A DNA stretch of 64,000 nt from Acidobacteriota bacterium (GCA_965209055.1 OZ242374.1:1184001-1248000), one strand, 5' to 3'; counted from the first letter of the stretch, positions 17,441 through 26,787 are shown. The notes: generated from the letters alone by a model not told the origin. Made by a program: numbers and translations.

Positions 17441-18372
17441 TACCAGGTGGCGCTGTCTCGGACCAGCGGGGGCTTCCCCACCTTCACCCGGCGGGCCCCG
17501 ACGCTATCGAGGCGGTCGAGCCGCGGCGCCCCCTCCAACGCCTGGAGGTCGGCGTCGAAGTACTCGAACCAGGGGAGCCCGGCTTCGGTGTAGTCGGCGG
17601 CGGTGGGCGGCTCATACGGCGGCGCGTATCCGGTCACCGTCCGGTATTGCCCGCTGTTGAGGAGGTGGACGAAACAACGTGAGCGGACGTCCCGCTCCCA
17701 GGCGGAGAATCCGTAGTCGTCGGAGTAGACCTCCTGGCGCATCATCCCGCCGGGCGCGAGGCCCATTTCGCTATCCGGCAGCGCCGAACAATAGATGGCA
17801 TCGATTTCGTAGGAGTCGGGGACCCTTTCGGCCATCAGTCTCTCGTACCGCGACGCCTTCATCGGATAGACGACGAACTGCAGGCCGCCATGCTCCGCGG
17901 CTCCCGTCAACTGCTCCTCGGCCGTATAGCCCTGCCCGAGGGGCATGGCGACAAACTGGCGGATCAATCCCTTGCGCACGCAGAAGCCGTCGAGCCAGGG
18001 CTGATCCGGGATCACGACATAGTCCTGGGGCCGCCGGTGCAGCTCGTTGCGGAACGATTGTCCCGTGACGGCGTCGACTTTCCCGGTCGATACCTTGACG
18101 GCCATGGGGTACGAGCCACCGAAAGAAATCCAGAGCGCCTCCGCCTGGTACATGGGCATGAAAACGCCGCCATGATCGCTCCACCGTTGCGGCAGGCGAT
18201 GGGCATAGTCCTCCACGTGGTGCAACGGAAACACTCCCAGTCCCGGGGGCAGGGGATACTCACGGTCGTCATCCGGAATCCGCAGGGTCCTCGCAAACGA
18301 AATCGAACACCTCGCCTCCCGATGGACCTCCGGAAAGCTGAAAGCCAACGTATCGTGCCGTAGTTCAATCAT
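17440..18372 (-). CDS. Conserved hypothetical protein (RTLRIPDD...LPPGLG family)
   Basis: Long ORF with host-like codon use, GGAGGAG RBS, and motifs RTLRIPDD, PMYQAEALWISF, QPWLDGF, QFVAMPLGQGYT, GLPWF. Confidence 0.8.
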   Translation of the reverse strand: MIELRHDTLAFSFPEVHREARCSISFARTLRIPDDDREYPLPPGLGVFPLHHVEDYAHRLPQRWSDHGGVFMPMYQAEALWISFGGSYPMAVKVSTGKVDAVTGQSFRNELHRRPQDYVVIPDQPWLDGFCVRKGLIRQFVAMPLGQGYTAEEQLTGAAEHGGLQFVVYPMKASRYERLMAERVPDSYEIDAIYCSALPDSEMGLAPGGMMRQEVYSDDYGFSAWERDVRSRCFVHLLNSGQYRTVTGYAPPYEPPTAADYTEAGLPWFEYFDADLQALEGAPRLDRLDSVGARRVKVGKPPLVRDSATW

Positions 18373-18416
18373 TTTCTCCTCCTCTCCTGTTCCCCCAGGT
18401 TCCTGCAACCTGTCCT

Positions 18417-18767
18417 TCACCAGTCACCGTCGCGAATCTCTCTTGCAACCCTCAGCACCGCGTGGTCCGGCGCCTCGCGGAGTTGACGCAGCAGATCGGC
18501 GAAGAGTTTTGGACGGAGCATCACGATCTCCTGAAGGTCCTTGGACACCTTCCCCCCCATCGCCAGCAGCACGTCGGCATCCTCGTCCAGCTCCATGGCG
18601 AGCCGGCGGATGGTCCGCTCCGACGGAGGCGGTGTCTGTCCCCGCTCGATCTTGCTCAGGTAGGCCGGCTCGATTCCGACGCGCCCGGCCACCTGCCGCA
18701 ACGAGAAGGTCCGGTCCTTGCGCCGCCGCCGTTCCCGGACCTCTCGAATGTATTCTCCAAACGCCAT
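18417..18767 (-). CDS. XRE-family HTH transcriptional regulator
   Basis: FSLRQVAGRVGIEPAYLSKIERG HTH. Confidence 0.88.
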   Translation of the reverse strand: MAFGEYIREVRERRRRKDRTFSLRQVAGRVGIEPAYLSKIERGQTPPPSERTIRRLAMELDEDADVLLAMGGKVSKDLQEIVMLRPKLFADLLRQLREAPDHAVLRVAREIRDGDW

Positions 18768-18840
18768 TCCGACCCCGGGACCGATCGTTTCGTCCCTCGT
18801 TCGAGTGTGTACTATATACTACACACTACATATGACAAAC

Positions 18841-18920
18841 GGAGCGGCGGTTTCCAACCCCCAACCACGGGAGTGACCATAGGGGGAAAAAGAGTCGGCG
18901 GTAAGAAAACCGCCGCTCCG
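18841..18920. repeat. Inverted REP pair
   Basis: GGAGCGGCGGTTTCCAACC...GGCGGTAAGAAAACCGCCGCTCC. Confidence 0.8.
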
Positions 18921-18956
18921 CGGGGGTGTGCTAAAATCAGGCCCGAAATTCCGCCC

Positions 18957-19931
18957 ATGAGATTGATCTCCATGGTGATTCCCCTTTTCAACGAGGAGGA
19001 ATCGCTCCCCGAGCTCTACCAAGGCATCGTCGAGGAATTGAGTCCCCGGTCCGGCGACCTGGAGATCATCTTCGTCGACGACGGCAGCACCGACGGTTCC
19101 TTCGCCACGCTGACGCGCCTTCAGCAACGCGACTCCCGGATCCGGATCATTCGGTTTCGCCGGAATTTCGGGAAGTCAGCGGCTTTGGCGGCGGGTTTTC
19201 AGCACGCCCGGGGAGAGGTCGTGGTCACCATGGACGCTGACCTTCAGGATCGACCCCACGAGGTGGGCAAGCTGTTGGACCGGCTCGAAGAGGGGTTCGA
19301 CCTGGTCTCCGGATGGAAGGTCAAGCGCCGCGACCCCTGGCGCAAGCGCGCCGCGTCGCGGATCTTCAACTTCGTCACCGCCTTCCTGACGGGAGTTCCG
19401 CTCCACGACCTCAACTGCGGACTCAAGGCCTATCGCCGGGAGGTGATCCGCGAGGTGAAGGTCTACGGCGAGATGCACCGGTTCATTCCGGTCCTGGCCA
19501 GCTACCGCGGCTTTCGCATCGGCGAGGTCCCGGTGGACCATGCGCCCCGCGCCTACGGGCGCAGCAAGTACGGGGCGAGCCGATTCCTGGGCGGCTTCTT
19601 CGATCTCCTGACGGTGATCATGCTGACCCGCTACAACAGCAAACCGCTGCACGTCTTCGGGATTCTGGGCCTGGTGCTGCTGCTGGCCGGCTTTTGTGTC
19701 GAGGCCTACCTCACGGTGGGTTGGCTGCAGGGTCAATGGATCGAGGACCGGCCCCTGTTCATGCTGGGAATCCTGCTCCTCATCGTGGGCGTCCAGTTCA
19801 TCTTCTTCGGGCTCCTGGCCGAGATGATCGCCTACTCGTCCCGCAGGGAAGGGGACTACTCGGTGCGCGAGGTCCGGGTGGCGGAACCGGAGGAGGCCAG
19901 CTCAAAGTCCCTGGTCTCTCTGCCCGGATGA
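18957..19931 (+). CDS. GT2, ArnC/GtrB/DPM1-like polyprenyl-phosphate glycosyltransferase
   Basis: VIPLFNEEES, FVDDGSTD, RRNFGKSAAL, MDADLQD, YGEMHRFIP and two C-terminal TM helices. Extended -10 TGCTAAAAT upstream. Confidence 0.9.
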   Translation: MRLISMVIPLFNEEESLPELYQGIVEELSPRSGDLEIIFVDDGSTDGSFATLTRLQQRDSRIRIIRFRRNFGKSAALAAGFQHARGEVVVTMDADLQDRPHEVGKLLDRLEEGFDLVSGWKVKRRDPWRKRAASRIFNFVTAFLTGVPLHDLNCGLKAYRREVIREVKVYGEMHRFIPVLASYRGFRIGEVPVDHAPRAYGRSKYGASRFLGGFFDLLTVIMLTRYNSKPLHVFGILGLVLLLAGFCVEAYLTVGWLQGQWIEDRPLFMLGILLLIVGVQFIFFGLLAEMIAYSSRREGDYSVREVRVAEPEEASSKSLVSLPG

Positions 19932-21070
19932 GGATCGCCCTCCTGGGTCCGGCCCATCCCCTGCGCGGCGGAATCGCCCAGTACACCGCATCCCTTTACG
20001 GGGAGCTGGAGCGGCGCCACCAGGTGCGCATCTTTTCCTTCCGGAAGCTCTATCCCCGGTTGCTGTTTCCCGGAAGCTCCGAGTTGGACCGGAGCCCCAG
20101 CGCCTGGCGGGTGCCCTCCGTCAGGATCCTCCGGCCCCTCCGGCCCGGGAGTTGGGCCGCGGCGGCCCGGAGAGTCGCCGCCTGGGAGCCCGAACTGCTG
20201 GTCTTCCAATGGTGGCACCCTTTCTTCGGTCCGGCCTATGCCGACCTGATCCGGCGCTTCCGCAAGCGGTCGGCGGCGGTGATCCTGTTTCTGTGCCACA
20301 ACGTCTTTCCCCACGAGCGGATGGGGAGCCGCGTGCTGGAGAAGATGCTGGTGAGGATGGCCTTTCGCCGCGTGGACGGCTTCCTGGTCCAGTCGCAGGG
20401 CCTGGCCCGGCAGGTGCGGGAACTCCGTCCCGCGGTCCCGGTCCGCAGGGTCCGTCATCCCGCCTATTCCTTCTACCGGCGCTGGGACTCCGAAACGTCC
20501 CGGCCGGCCGGGAAACCCAGCATCCTCTTTTTCGGCAACATCCGGGCCTACAAGGGGCTCGACGTCCTCATCGAGGCTTTCGCCCGGGTTCGCAAGGAGC
20601 TGGAGGCGGAGCTGGTGGTGGCGGGGGAGTTCTATTCCGATCCCGGTCCCCTGAAGGAACGGGTCCGGGCTCTCGGCCTCGACGGCGATGTTCGCTGGAC
20701 CGGCGCCTATGTGCCCAACCGCGAGGTGCCCGCCCTCTTCCGCCGCGCCCACGTGGTGGCGCTTCCCTACCGGAGCGCGACCCAGAGCGGAATCGTCCCG
20801 CTGGCCTACCAGTTCGGCGTCCCGGTCATCGCCAGCGACGTGGGCGGACTCTCGGAGGTGGTGCGGGACGGCAGGACCGGGCTCCTCTTTCCAGCCGGGG
20901 ATTCCGAACGGCTGGCGAGTCTCCTGGTAGATTATTTTCGCCGGAATCTGCGGCCGCGGTTCCAGCCCCACATCCTGGAATTCAACCGGAAGCTGGGTTG
21001 GGAGCGGGTGGCCGGACCGATTCTGGAGCTGGCCCGGTCGCTGGGAGCGAAGGAAGACGGGGAAGTCTGA
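19928..21070 (+). CDS. Glycosyltransferase family 4
   Basis: GPAHPLRGGIAQY, FFGNIRAYKG, LPYRSATQSG, PVIASDVGGLSE. Confidence 0.9.
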   Translation: MRIALLGPAHPLRGGIAQYTASLYGELERRHQVRIFSFRKLYPRLLFPGSSELDRSPSAWRVPSVRILRPLRPGSWAAAARRVAAWEPELLVFQWWHPFFGPAYADLIRRFRKRSAAVILFLCHNVFPHERMGSRVLEKMLVRMAFRRVDGFLVQSQGLARQVRELRPAVPVRRVRHPAYSFYRRWDSETSRPAGKPSILFFGNIRAYKGLDVLIEAFARVRKELEAELVVAGEFYSDPGPLKERVRALGLDGDVRWTGAYVPNREVPALFRRAHVVALPYRSATQSGIVPLAYQFGVPVIASDVGGLSEVVRDGRTGLLFPAGDSERLASLLVDYFRRNLRPRFQPHILEFNRKLGWERVAGPILELARSLGAKEDGEV

Positions 21071-21072
21071 TC

Positions 21073-23334
21073 ATGTCGGGGAGAAGGAAACACCGGAGGT
21101 CGCCTCCTGGTCCTGCCGCCCGTCTCTGGCGGCCGGACCTGCTCTACCCGTGCCTCCTCCTGGCCCTCGTCCTGGGCCTCTACTGGAACACGCTGGGCCA
21201 CGATTTCGTCCACGACGACCTCACCCTGATCCAGCAGAACCGGACGGTGACGGAGCAGCGGTGGGGCGAGATCCTGAGTCCCCGGGTCTACCGGCCGGTC
21301 CGCACCCTCACCTACGCCCTGAACTATTGGGCGGGCGGGCTGGACCCCACCGGGTACCACCTCTTCAACCTGCTCCTGCACGCTCTGAATTCGTTGCTGG
21401 TCTACTGGCTCTTCCGGGCCGTCACCGGCCGCCGGACGCTGGCGTTGGCCGGAGCGCTCCTCTTTGCCGCCCACCCGGTTCAGACCGCCGCCACGGCCTA
21501 CGTCTCGGGACGGAAAGACCTGTTGGCCGCCTTCTTCATCCTCGGGGGGTGCCTGTCGTTCCTCTCCTACCGGGACTCGGGCCGGCGCCGGTATCTCCTT
21601 GTCTGTCTCGCCTGCCTAGTGATGGGCGTCCTGGCCAAGGAACTGGTCATCGTCCTTCCGGCGCTGCTCCTGCTGTTGGACCTGTGCCGGACGGACCGGT
21701 CCCGGGGCCCGGGGGGCGAGCCGGCGACGGTTCGCATCGTCCGCGCTCTCCTGCGTTCCCGGATCGCCTACGCTCTGGGTTTTCTCCTGGCCGCGGTTTC
21801 GTTCTACTACGCCCTTTATCTGAGTCCGGCCAGCCGCATGGAGGGACTCTGGGGTGGGAGCCTGGCGGCCCACGCCGGCACCTCCTTCAAGCTGTTCTCC
21901 CACTACCTGGCGCTGGCGGTGTTCCCTCACCCCTTGATCGCGGACTACAGCGGAGAGGTTTTTCCCCTCTCTCCCGGGTTCGCCGACGCGGCGACGCTGC
22001 TGGCGGTGCTCCTGCTGGCGGCCTTCATCGCCTCCGCCGTCTGGCTCTATCCTTCCCGGCCCCTGGTCTCGCTGGGAATGGGCTGGTTCCTGACGGCGTT
22101 GGCGCCGGTGCTCCAGATCGTCCCCTTTCACGAGTTGGCGGCCGACCACTTTCTCTACGTCCCGCTGATCGGGGTTTGCCTCGTGGGTGGGTTGACCGTG
22201 GACTACGTCTCCCGGGAAAGGGGTTACAGGGAGCTGGCCCTGGGAGTTCTGGCGCTGGTCGTGGTCGTCTTCTCGGTGCGCACCGTGGGGCGCAACCGGG
22301 ACTGGGCCGACGTCGGGACCCTGTGGCGGGCGACCCTGGAACAGGCGCCCGGGTCGTACCGCGCCCACAGCAATCTGGCGGTCACCTACATGGGGAAGCA
22401 GGAGCCGGAGGCGGCCCTGAAACACACTCTGAGAGCCTTGGAGCTGAATCCCGGACGGGCCCTGGAGTGGAGCAATCTGAGCGCCCTGTACGTCCAACTG
22501 GCGGAACGGGCGCGAGCGCAGAGGAAATACGACCTGGCGTCGAGTCTGCTGGACAAGTGCCGCGAGGCGGCGGAAGAAGCCCTGGAGAGAGACGACTCGA
22601 ACTTCATGAGCCTGGCCAACATGGGGAACTGCTTCGAGAAGGAGGCCGAGGTCGCCGTCGACACGGGAGAGACGGAAGAAGTCGTGCTGCTGCGGCAGAC
22701 CGCGTTGAGCTACTTCCAGAGGTCTCTCAAGTTCCGGAACCGCGAACCCTCCGCCCGCATGGTCTGGCTGTCGATCGGAGGCATCTTCCTGGACCAGGCC
22801 CGCGTGGCCCACAGTCAGCGGGTTGAAGCCTTCAACAAGGGGGAGTTCCGACGATTGCAGGAGTTCGAGAAGCAGGCCAACGAGCTCTACGAACAGGCGA
22901 TCGTCCATTTCAGGAAATTCGTGGAGGCCTATCCCGGCAGCCGCCAGGGACAGCTCAACCTGGGGCTCTGCTACGTTCACCTGAAGAAATTCCAGGAGGC
23001 CGTTCCACACCTGGAGCGGGCCGTCCGCCTCCGGGCCGAGCCGGAGAGCGTGAACCTGCTGGCCCACTGCTACGACCGGACGGGCGACGGCGACCGGGCC
23101 GTCCGCCTCTACCGCCAGTCGATTCGCCTCCGGGCCGCGGCCGAGACCCATTACAATCTGGGCGTGCTCCTCCGGCGCCGGGGCGAGCTGGCGGAGGCGG
23201 AGAAGAATCTGAAGCGCGCCCTGGAGTTGTCGCCGTCCAGGGACCTGGCCCGCAAGATCGGTATCGTGCGGGGCCTCATTCAAGACCATGTACGCCGATC
23301 ACAAGATCACGGTCGTCATCCCCTGCCTCAATGA
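21073..23334 (+). CDS. TMTC-like GT-C membrane glycosyltransferase with C-terminal TPRs
   Basis: DFVHDD acidic loop, YRPVRTLTY, YHLFNLLLHALN, FAAHPV, SGRKDLL, AKE, ADHFLYVP, RNRDW, about 11 TM segments, then TPR helices. Confidence 0.82.
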   Translation: MSGRRKHRRSPPGPAARLWRPDLLYPCLLLALVLGLYWNTLGHDFVHDDLTLIQQNRTVTEQRWGEILSPRVYRPVRTLTYALNYWAGGLDPTGYHLFNLLLHALNSLLVYWLFRAVTGRRTLALAGALLFAAHPVQTAATAYVSGRKDLLAAFFILGGCLSFLSYRDSGRRRYLLVCLACLVMGVLAKELVIVLPALLLLLDLCRTDRSRGPGGEPATVRIVRALLRSRIAYALGFLLAAVSFYYALYLSPASRMEGLWGGSLAAHAGTSFKLFSHYLALAVFPHPLIADYSGEVFPLSPGFADAATLLAVLLLAAFIASAVWLYPSRPLVSLGMGWFLTALAPVLQIVPFHELAADHFLYVPLIGVCLVGGLTVDYVSRERGYRELALGVLALVVVVFSVRTVGRNRDWADVGTLWRATLEQAPGSYRAHSNLAVTYMGKQEPEAALKHTLRALELNPGRALEWSNLSALYVQLAERARAQRKYDLASSLLDKCREAAEEALERDDSNFMSLANMGNCFEKEAEVAVDTGETEEVVLLRQTALSYFQRSLKFRNREPSARMVWLSIGGIFLDQARVAHSQRVEAFNKGEFRRLQEFEKQANELYEQAIVHFRKFVEAYPGSRQGQLNLGLCYVHLKKFQEAVPHLERAVRLRAEPESVNLLAHCYDRTGDGDRAVRLYRQSIRLRAAAETHYNLGVLLRRRGELAEAEKNLKRALELSPSRDLARKIGIVRGLIQDHVRRSQDHGRHPLPQ

Positions 23335-23962
23335 GGAGGAGGGGATCCGCATGGTCCTGGAGCGGATCCCCCGGTTCGTGGACGAGGTCATCGTGGTGGA
23401 CAACGGCTCCACCGACGCCACGGCCCGGGTCGCCGCGGGTCTGGGGGCCCGCGTGATCCGGGAGGACGTGCGCGGGTATGGCCGCGCCTACAAGACGGGC
23501 CTGCTCCACGCCCAGGGGGACATCATCGTGACGCTGGACGGGGACCACTCCTACCCCGTCGACTCCCTCTCCTACCTGATCGAGGCGCTCATGGGCGCCG
23601 ACGTGGGCTTCGTCTCCGCTTCCCGGTTCCCGGTGCAGAACCCCAAGGCCATGTCCTGGACCAGCTTCGTCGGAAACAAGTGCCTGAGCGTGGTCCTCTC
23701 GGTCCTGTTCCTGCGCCGGGTCCGGGACTCCCAGTCGGGGATGTGGATCTTCTACCGGGAGGCGCTGGAGAACATGAACCTGGTCAGCGACGGGATGGCC
23801 TTCTCCGAGGAGATCAAGATCGAAGCCATGCGCCATCCCCGGATCGGCTTCAAGGAGATCCCCATCAACTACTCGAACCGCGCCGGAGAGGTGAAGCTCC
23901 GGCCCTGGAGAGACGGTTGGAGCAACCTGGTCTTCCTCTTCAGGAAACGGTTCGGAGGGTGA
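23288..23962 (+). CDS. GT2, Dol-P-Man-synthase-like
   Basis: VIPCLNEEEG, VVDNGSTD, GYGRA, LDGDHSYP, DSQSGM, R.GEVKL...DG. Confidence 0.88.
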   Translation: MYADHKITVVIPCLNEEEGIRMVLERIPRFVDEVIVVDNGSTDATARVAAGLGARVIREDVRGYGRAYKTGLLHAQGDIIVTLDGDHSYPVDSLSYLIEALMGADVGFVSASRFPVQNPKAMSWTSFVGNKCLSVVLSVLFLRRVRDSQSGMWIFYREALENMNLVSDGMAFSEEIKIEAMRHPRIGFKEIPINYSNRAGEVKLRPWRDGWSNLVFLFRKRFGG

Positions 23963-24933
23963 ACGTGGATCCGGACGCCATCCTCTCCTGCCCCGTCTGC
24001 CGGTTTCCCCGCTGCCGGTTCTGGCGCTGCCTGGAGGACCGCTTCTTCCGGGTCACGCGCGACACGTTTCCCCTCTACCTCTGTCCGGAATGCGGACTCC
24101 GCTTCCAGCGGGCGTCCGACGTTGCCGGCCGGATCCCCGGCTTCTACCCGCCCGGCTACTGGTGGGACCCGGAGGGGGACCCCCGGGGCGTGGAGGGTCT
24201 CTACCGGGAGTGGGTCCTGCGGCGCGACCATTTGCGCTTCGTCCTCTCGGCGGCCCCGCCGGGGAACGGCCGCCGCCTCCTGGACATCGGCTGCGGCAGC
24301 GGCACCTTTCTGAAGCTGGCCCGGGAGGCCGGTTTCCGGGTCAAGGGGCTGGAGGCCTCCCCCGAGGCGGGGGAGGCGGCGGAGAAGATCCTGCCGGGCC
24401 GGGTGGTGGTGGGAGACGAACGGGACCTGATCAGAAGCGGCGCCAGGTTCGACGTGCTCACCCTCTTTCACGTCCTGGAGCACCTGCCCCGGCCGCTGGA
24501 CTACCTTCGCCGGGTCCGCCGGCTCCTGGCCGATGATGGCGGTCTGGTGGTCCAGGTTCCCAACAGCCACAGCATCCAGGCGGCGCTCCTGGGCTCCCGC
24601 TGGTACGGCCTGGACTGTCCCCGCCACATTCACAACTTCACGTCGCAGGCGCTCATCGAGCTGCTCGGGCGCGCCGGCTTCCGGGTTCGCCGCGTGCGCC
24701 ACTTCTCCCTGCGCGACAACGCCGCCGCCCTGGTCTCCAGCCTCTTCCCGGGCCTCGACCCCATGTCCCGGAAGGTCCGCCTGCTGCGCGAGGAGAAGCG
24801 GTCGCGCTCCTGGGGGCTCCTTGCGGCGGAGGCCGTCTATTTCGGGCTCCTGCTCCCGGCCCAGCCCCTTGCCGCCCTGGAAGCGGCCCTGGGAAGGGGC
24901 GCCACGGTGACGGTCTTCGCCACAGCCGAATAA
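23959..24933 (+). CDS. Class I SAM-dependent methyltransferase with N-terminal Zn ribbon
   Basis: CPVC...CPECG, LLDIGCGSG, FHVLEHL, VQVPN. GTG overlaps the upstream TGA. Confidence 0.88.
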   Translation: MNVDPDAILSCPVCRFPRCRFWRCLEDRFFRVTRDTFPLYLCPECGLRFQRASDVAGRIPGFYPPGYWWDPEGDPRGVEGLYREWVLRRDHLRFVLSAAPPGNGRRLLDIGCGSGTFLKLAREAGFRVKGLEASPEAGEAAEKILPGRVVVGDERDLIRSGARFDVLTLFHVLEHLPRPLDYLRRVRRLLADDGGLVVQVPNSHSIQAALLGSRWYGLDCPRHIHNFTSQALIELLGRAGFRVRRVRHFSLRDNAAALVSSLFPGLDPMSRKVRLLREEKRSRSWGLLAAEAVYFGLLLPAQPLAALEAALGRGATVTVFATAE

Positions 24934-25090
24934 CCCTCCGAACCACCAGGAGCGGGGCGGCGGTTTCCTAACCGCCGAACTCCCCCTTGGCCGCCGAACT
25001 CCCCCTGGCACTCGGGTTGCTCCTCACAGAGAACCGGACCGGAATTGTCCAATCCGGCTCCGGGGGAGTAGACTTGCAGGGAGTGTTTCC

Positions 25091-25369
25091 ATGACGTTTG
25101 AAGTCACGGTCATTATCGTTTCGCTCGGTGGCCTTTATCTGACCACCACCGGCCTCATCCTCACCCAATTCCGGGCTGGTCATCGGGATCTCAGCGGACA
25201 ACTGGCGGACATCCGGTCGGATCTTCGTGACGCTGCTCGTGAAATCATCGAAATCCGTGATCGCATCGCCCAGGTCGAAGTCACGCTGACCCAACGCATC
25301 GCCCGGGTCGAAGGCAACGTGGAGATGCTCCGGGAGTACATCATGGGAAAAGGACGCGAGGCTGTCTGA
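25091..25369 (+). CDS. Small TM + coiled-coil protein, divergent member of the same architecture (92 aa)
   Basis: Hydrophobic N-terminus, heptads, QRIARVEG; AGGGAG RBS; preceded by a REP at about 24950-24978. Confidence 0.7.
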   Translation: MTFEVTVIIVSLGGLYLTTTGLILTQFRAGHRDLSGQLADIRSDLRDAAREIIEIRDRIAQVEVTLTQRIARVEGNVEMLREYIMGKGREAV

Positions 25370-25397
25370 ACTCCCTGGCATTCCGGGTCCATGACCA

Positions 25398-26456
25398 TTG
25401 GCCGATTCTCCGAAACGCAGTAGGAAACTTGTTTCCGTCGTCGTCGTGAATTACGGCCGCGCCGAACTGCTGCGCGCCTGCCTGAAATCTCTCCTGGACC
25501 AGACCTGGCCCCGCCTGGAAATCCTGGTGGTCGACAACGGATCCCGGGACCACAGCACGGAAGTCGCCTCCTCCTTCGCGGACCGCGGAATCCGGCTTCT
25601 GGCCCTCACCGAAAACCGGGGTTTCGCCGCCGCCGTCAACCTGGGGGTCCGCCGGGCCCGGGGCGAACTGGTGGCCCTGCTGAACAACGACGCCGTGGCG
25701 TCACCCGAATGGGTCGAGCAACTGGTGTCCGGCCTCGACGCCTCGCCGGACGTGGGCATGTGCGCCTCCAAGATCCTCTTTTACGGGTCCGACGTCATCG
25801 ACAAGGCGGGCCATCTCATCTTTCCGGACGGGCAGAACCGGGGCCGGGGGACCGGCGAGCCGGACCGGGGCCAGTACGACCGGAACCGGGAGGTCCTGGC
25901 GGCGGACGGCTGCGCCGCCCTCTACCGCAAGGAAGTCCTGAAGCAGGCGGGCGGCTTCGACGAGAATTTCTTCGCCTACGCGGAGGACGCCGACCTGGGG
26001 CTCCGGGCCCGCTGGCTGGGCTGGCGCTGCCGCTACGTGCACGGGGCGGTGGTGCATCATCACCACTCCTCGACGCTGGGTCCCTACTCGCCCCGGAAGA
26101 TCTACTGGGTGGAGCGGAACCGGATCTGGCTGGCGCTCAAGAACTTCCCCCTCCCCCTCCTGCTCCTGAACCCCTTTTTCACCATCTATCGTCTGGCCTG
26201 GAACCTCTGTGCGGCGCTGCTCCGCCGGGGGCCCGCCGGCAACTTCCGCCGGGAAGGCTCGCTGTGGCTCCTGCTCCGGGTCCAGCTCCGGGCCTGCCGG
26301 GACGCCCTCACCGGCGCCGGCCCGATGCTCCGCGAACGCCGCCGCATCCGGTCCACCCGCAAGATCGGAGACCTGGAATTCTGCCGCCATCTGTTCCGCT
26401 TCCGCATCTCCGCCTGCCGCCTCGCCTTCGGGGACAAGGAGCGGCGACATCCTTGA
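25398..26456 (+). CDS. Glycosyltransferase family 2
   Basis: VVVNYG, VVDNGSRD, LLNND, GGFDENFFAYAEDADLGLR. Confidence 0.9.
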   Translation: MADSPKRSRKLVSVVVVNYGRAELLRACLKSLLDQTWPRLEILVVDNGSRDHSTEVASSFADRGIRLLALTENRGFAAAVNLGVRRARGELVALLNNDAVASPEWVEQLVSGLDASPDVGMCASKILFYGSDVIDKAGHLIFPDGQNRGRGTGEPDRGQYDRNREVLAADGCAALYRKEVLKQAGGFDENFFAYAEDADLGLRARWLGWRCRYVHGAVVHHHHSSTLGPYSPRKIYWVERNRIWLALKNFPLPLLLLNPFFTIYRLAWNLCAALLRRGPAGNFRREGSLWLLLRVQLRACRDALTGAGPMLRERRRIRSTRKIGDLEFCRHLFRFRISACRLAFGDKERRHP

Positions 26457-26506
26457 AGTGTGATAGTGTTCCCTGTTGCCGTGCCTCTCCGGCCGCAGCG
26501 TTCCGA

Positions 26507-26578
26507 GCTGGCGTAGCTCAAGGGTAGAGCAACTGATTTGTAATCAGTAGGTTGGGGGTTCGATTCCCTTCGCCAGCT
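26507..26578 (+). tRNA. tRNA-Thr(TGT), CCA not encoded
   Basis: Acceptor GCTGGCG/CGCCAGC, anticodon arm ACTGA-TTTGTAA-TCAGT, GGTTCGATTCC. Confidence 0.95.
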
Positions 26579-26643
26579 CTCCTTCTTTGCCAGGCCCGGC
26601 CCGGGTGTCCCGGCCGGCGGCGTCAGGCCGTCCCAATTTGAGT

Positions 26644-26672
26644 TTGAAACGGTCCAACGAAGTGCGTATAAT
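26644..26672 (+). promoter_or_regulatory. sigma70 promoter of the tRNA-Tyr/Gly/Thr-tuf operon
   Basis: TTGAAA-N17-TATAAT. Confidence 0.8.
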
Positions 26673-26787
26673 GTGGCACTTCCCGTATCCTCCCTGGCAA
26701 TCAGGCTGTTTTCCAGGAAGGTGGGGTGTACTGGCAGGAACAAAACGGCGGGGCGGACGGGGATTGGAGATTCCCCGATTGCAATGA

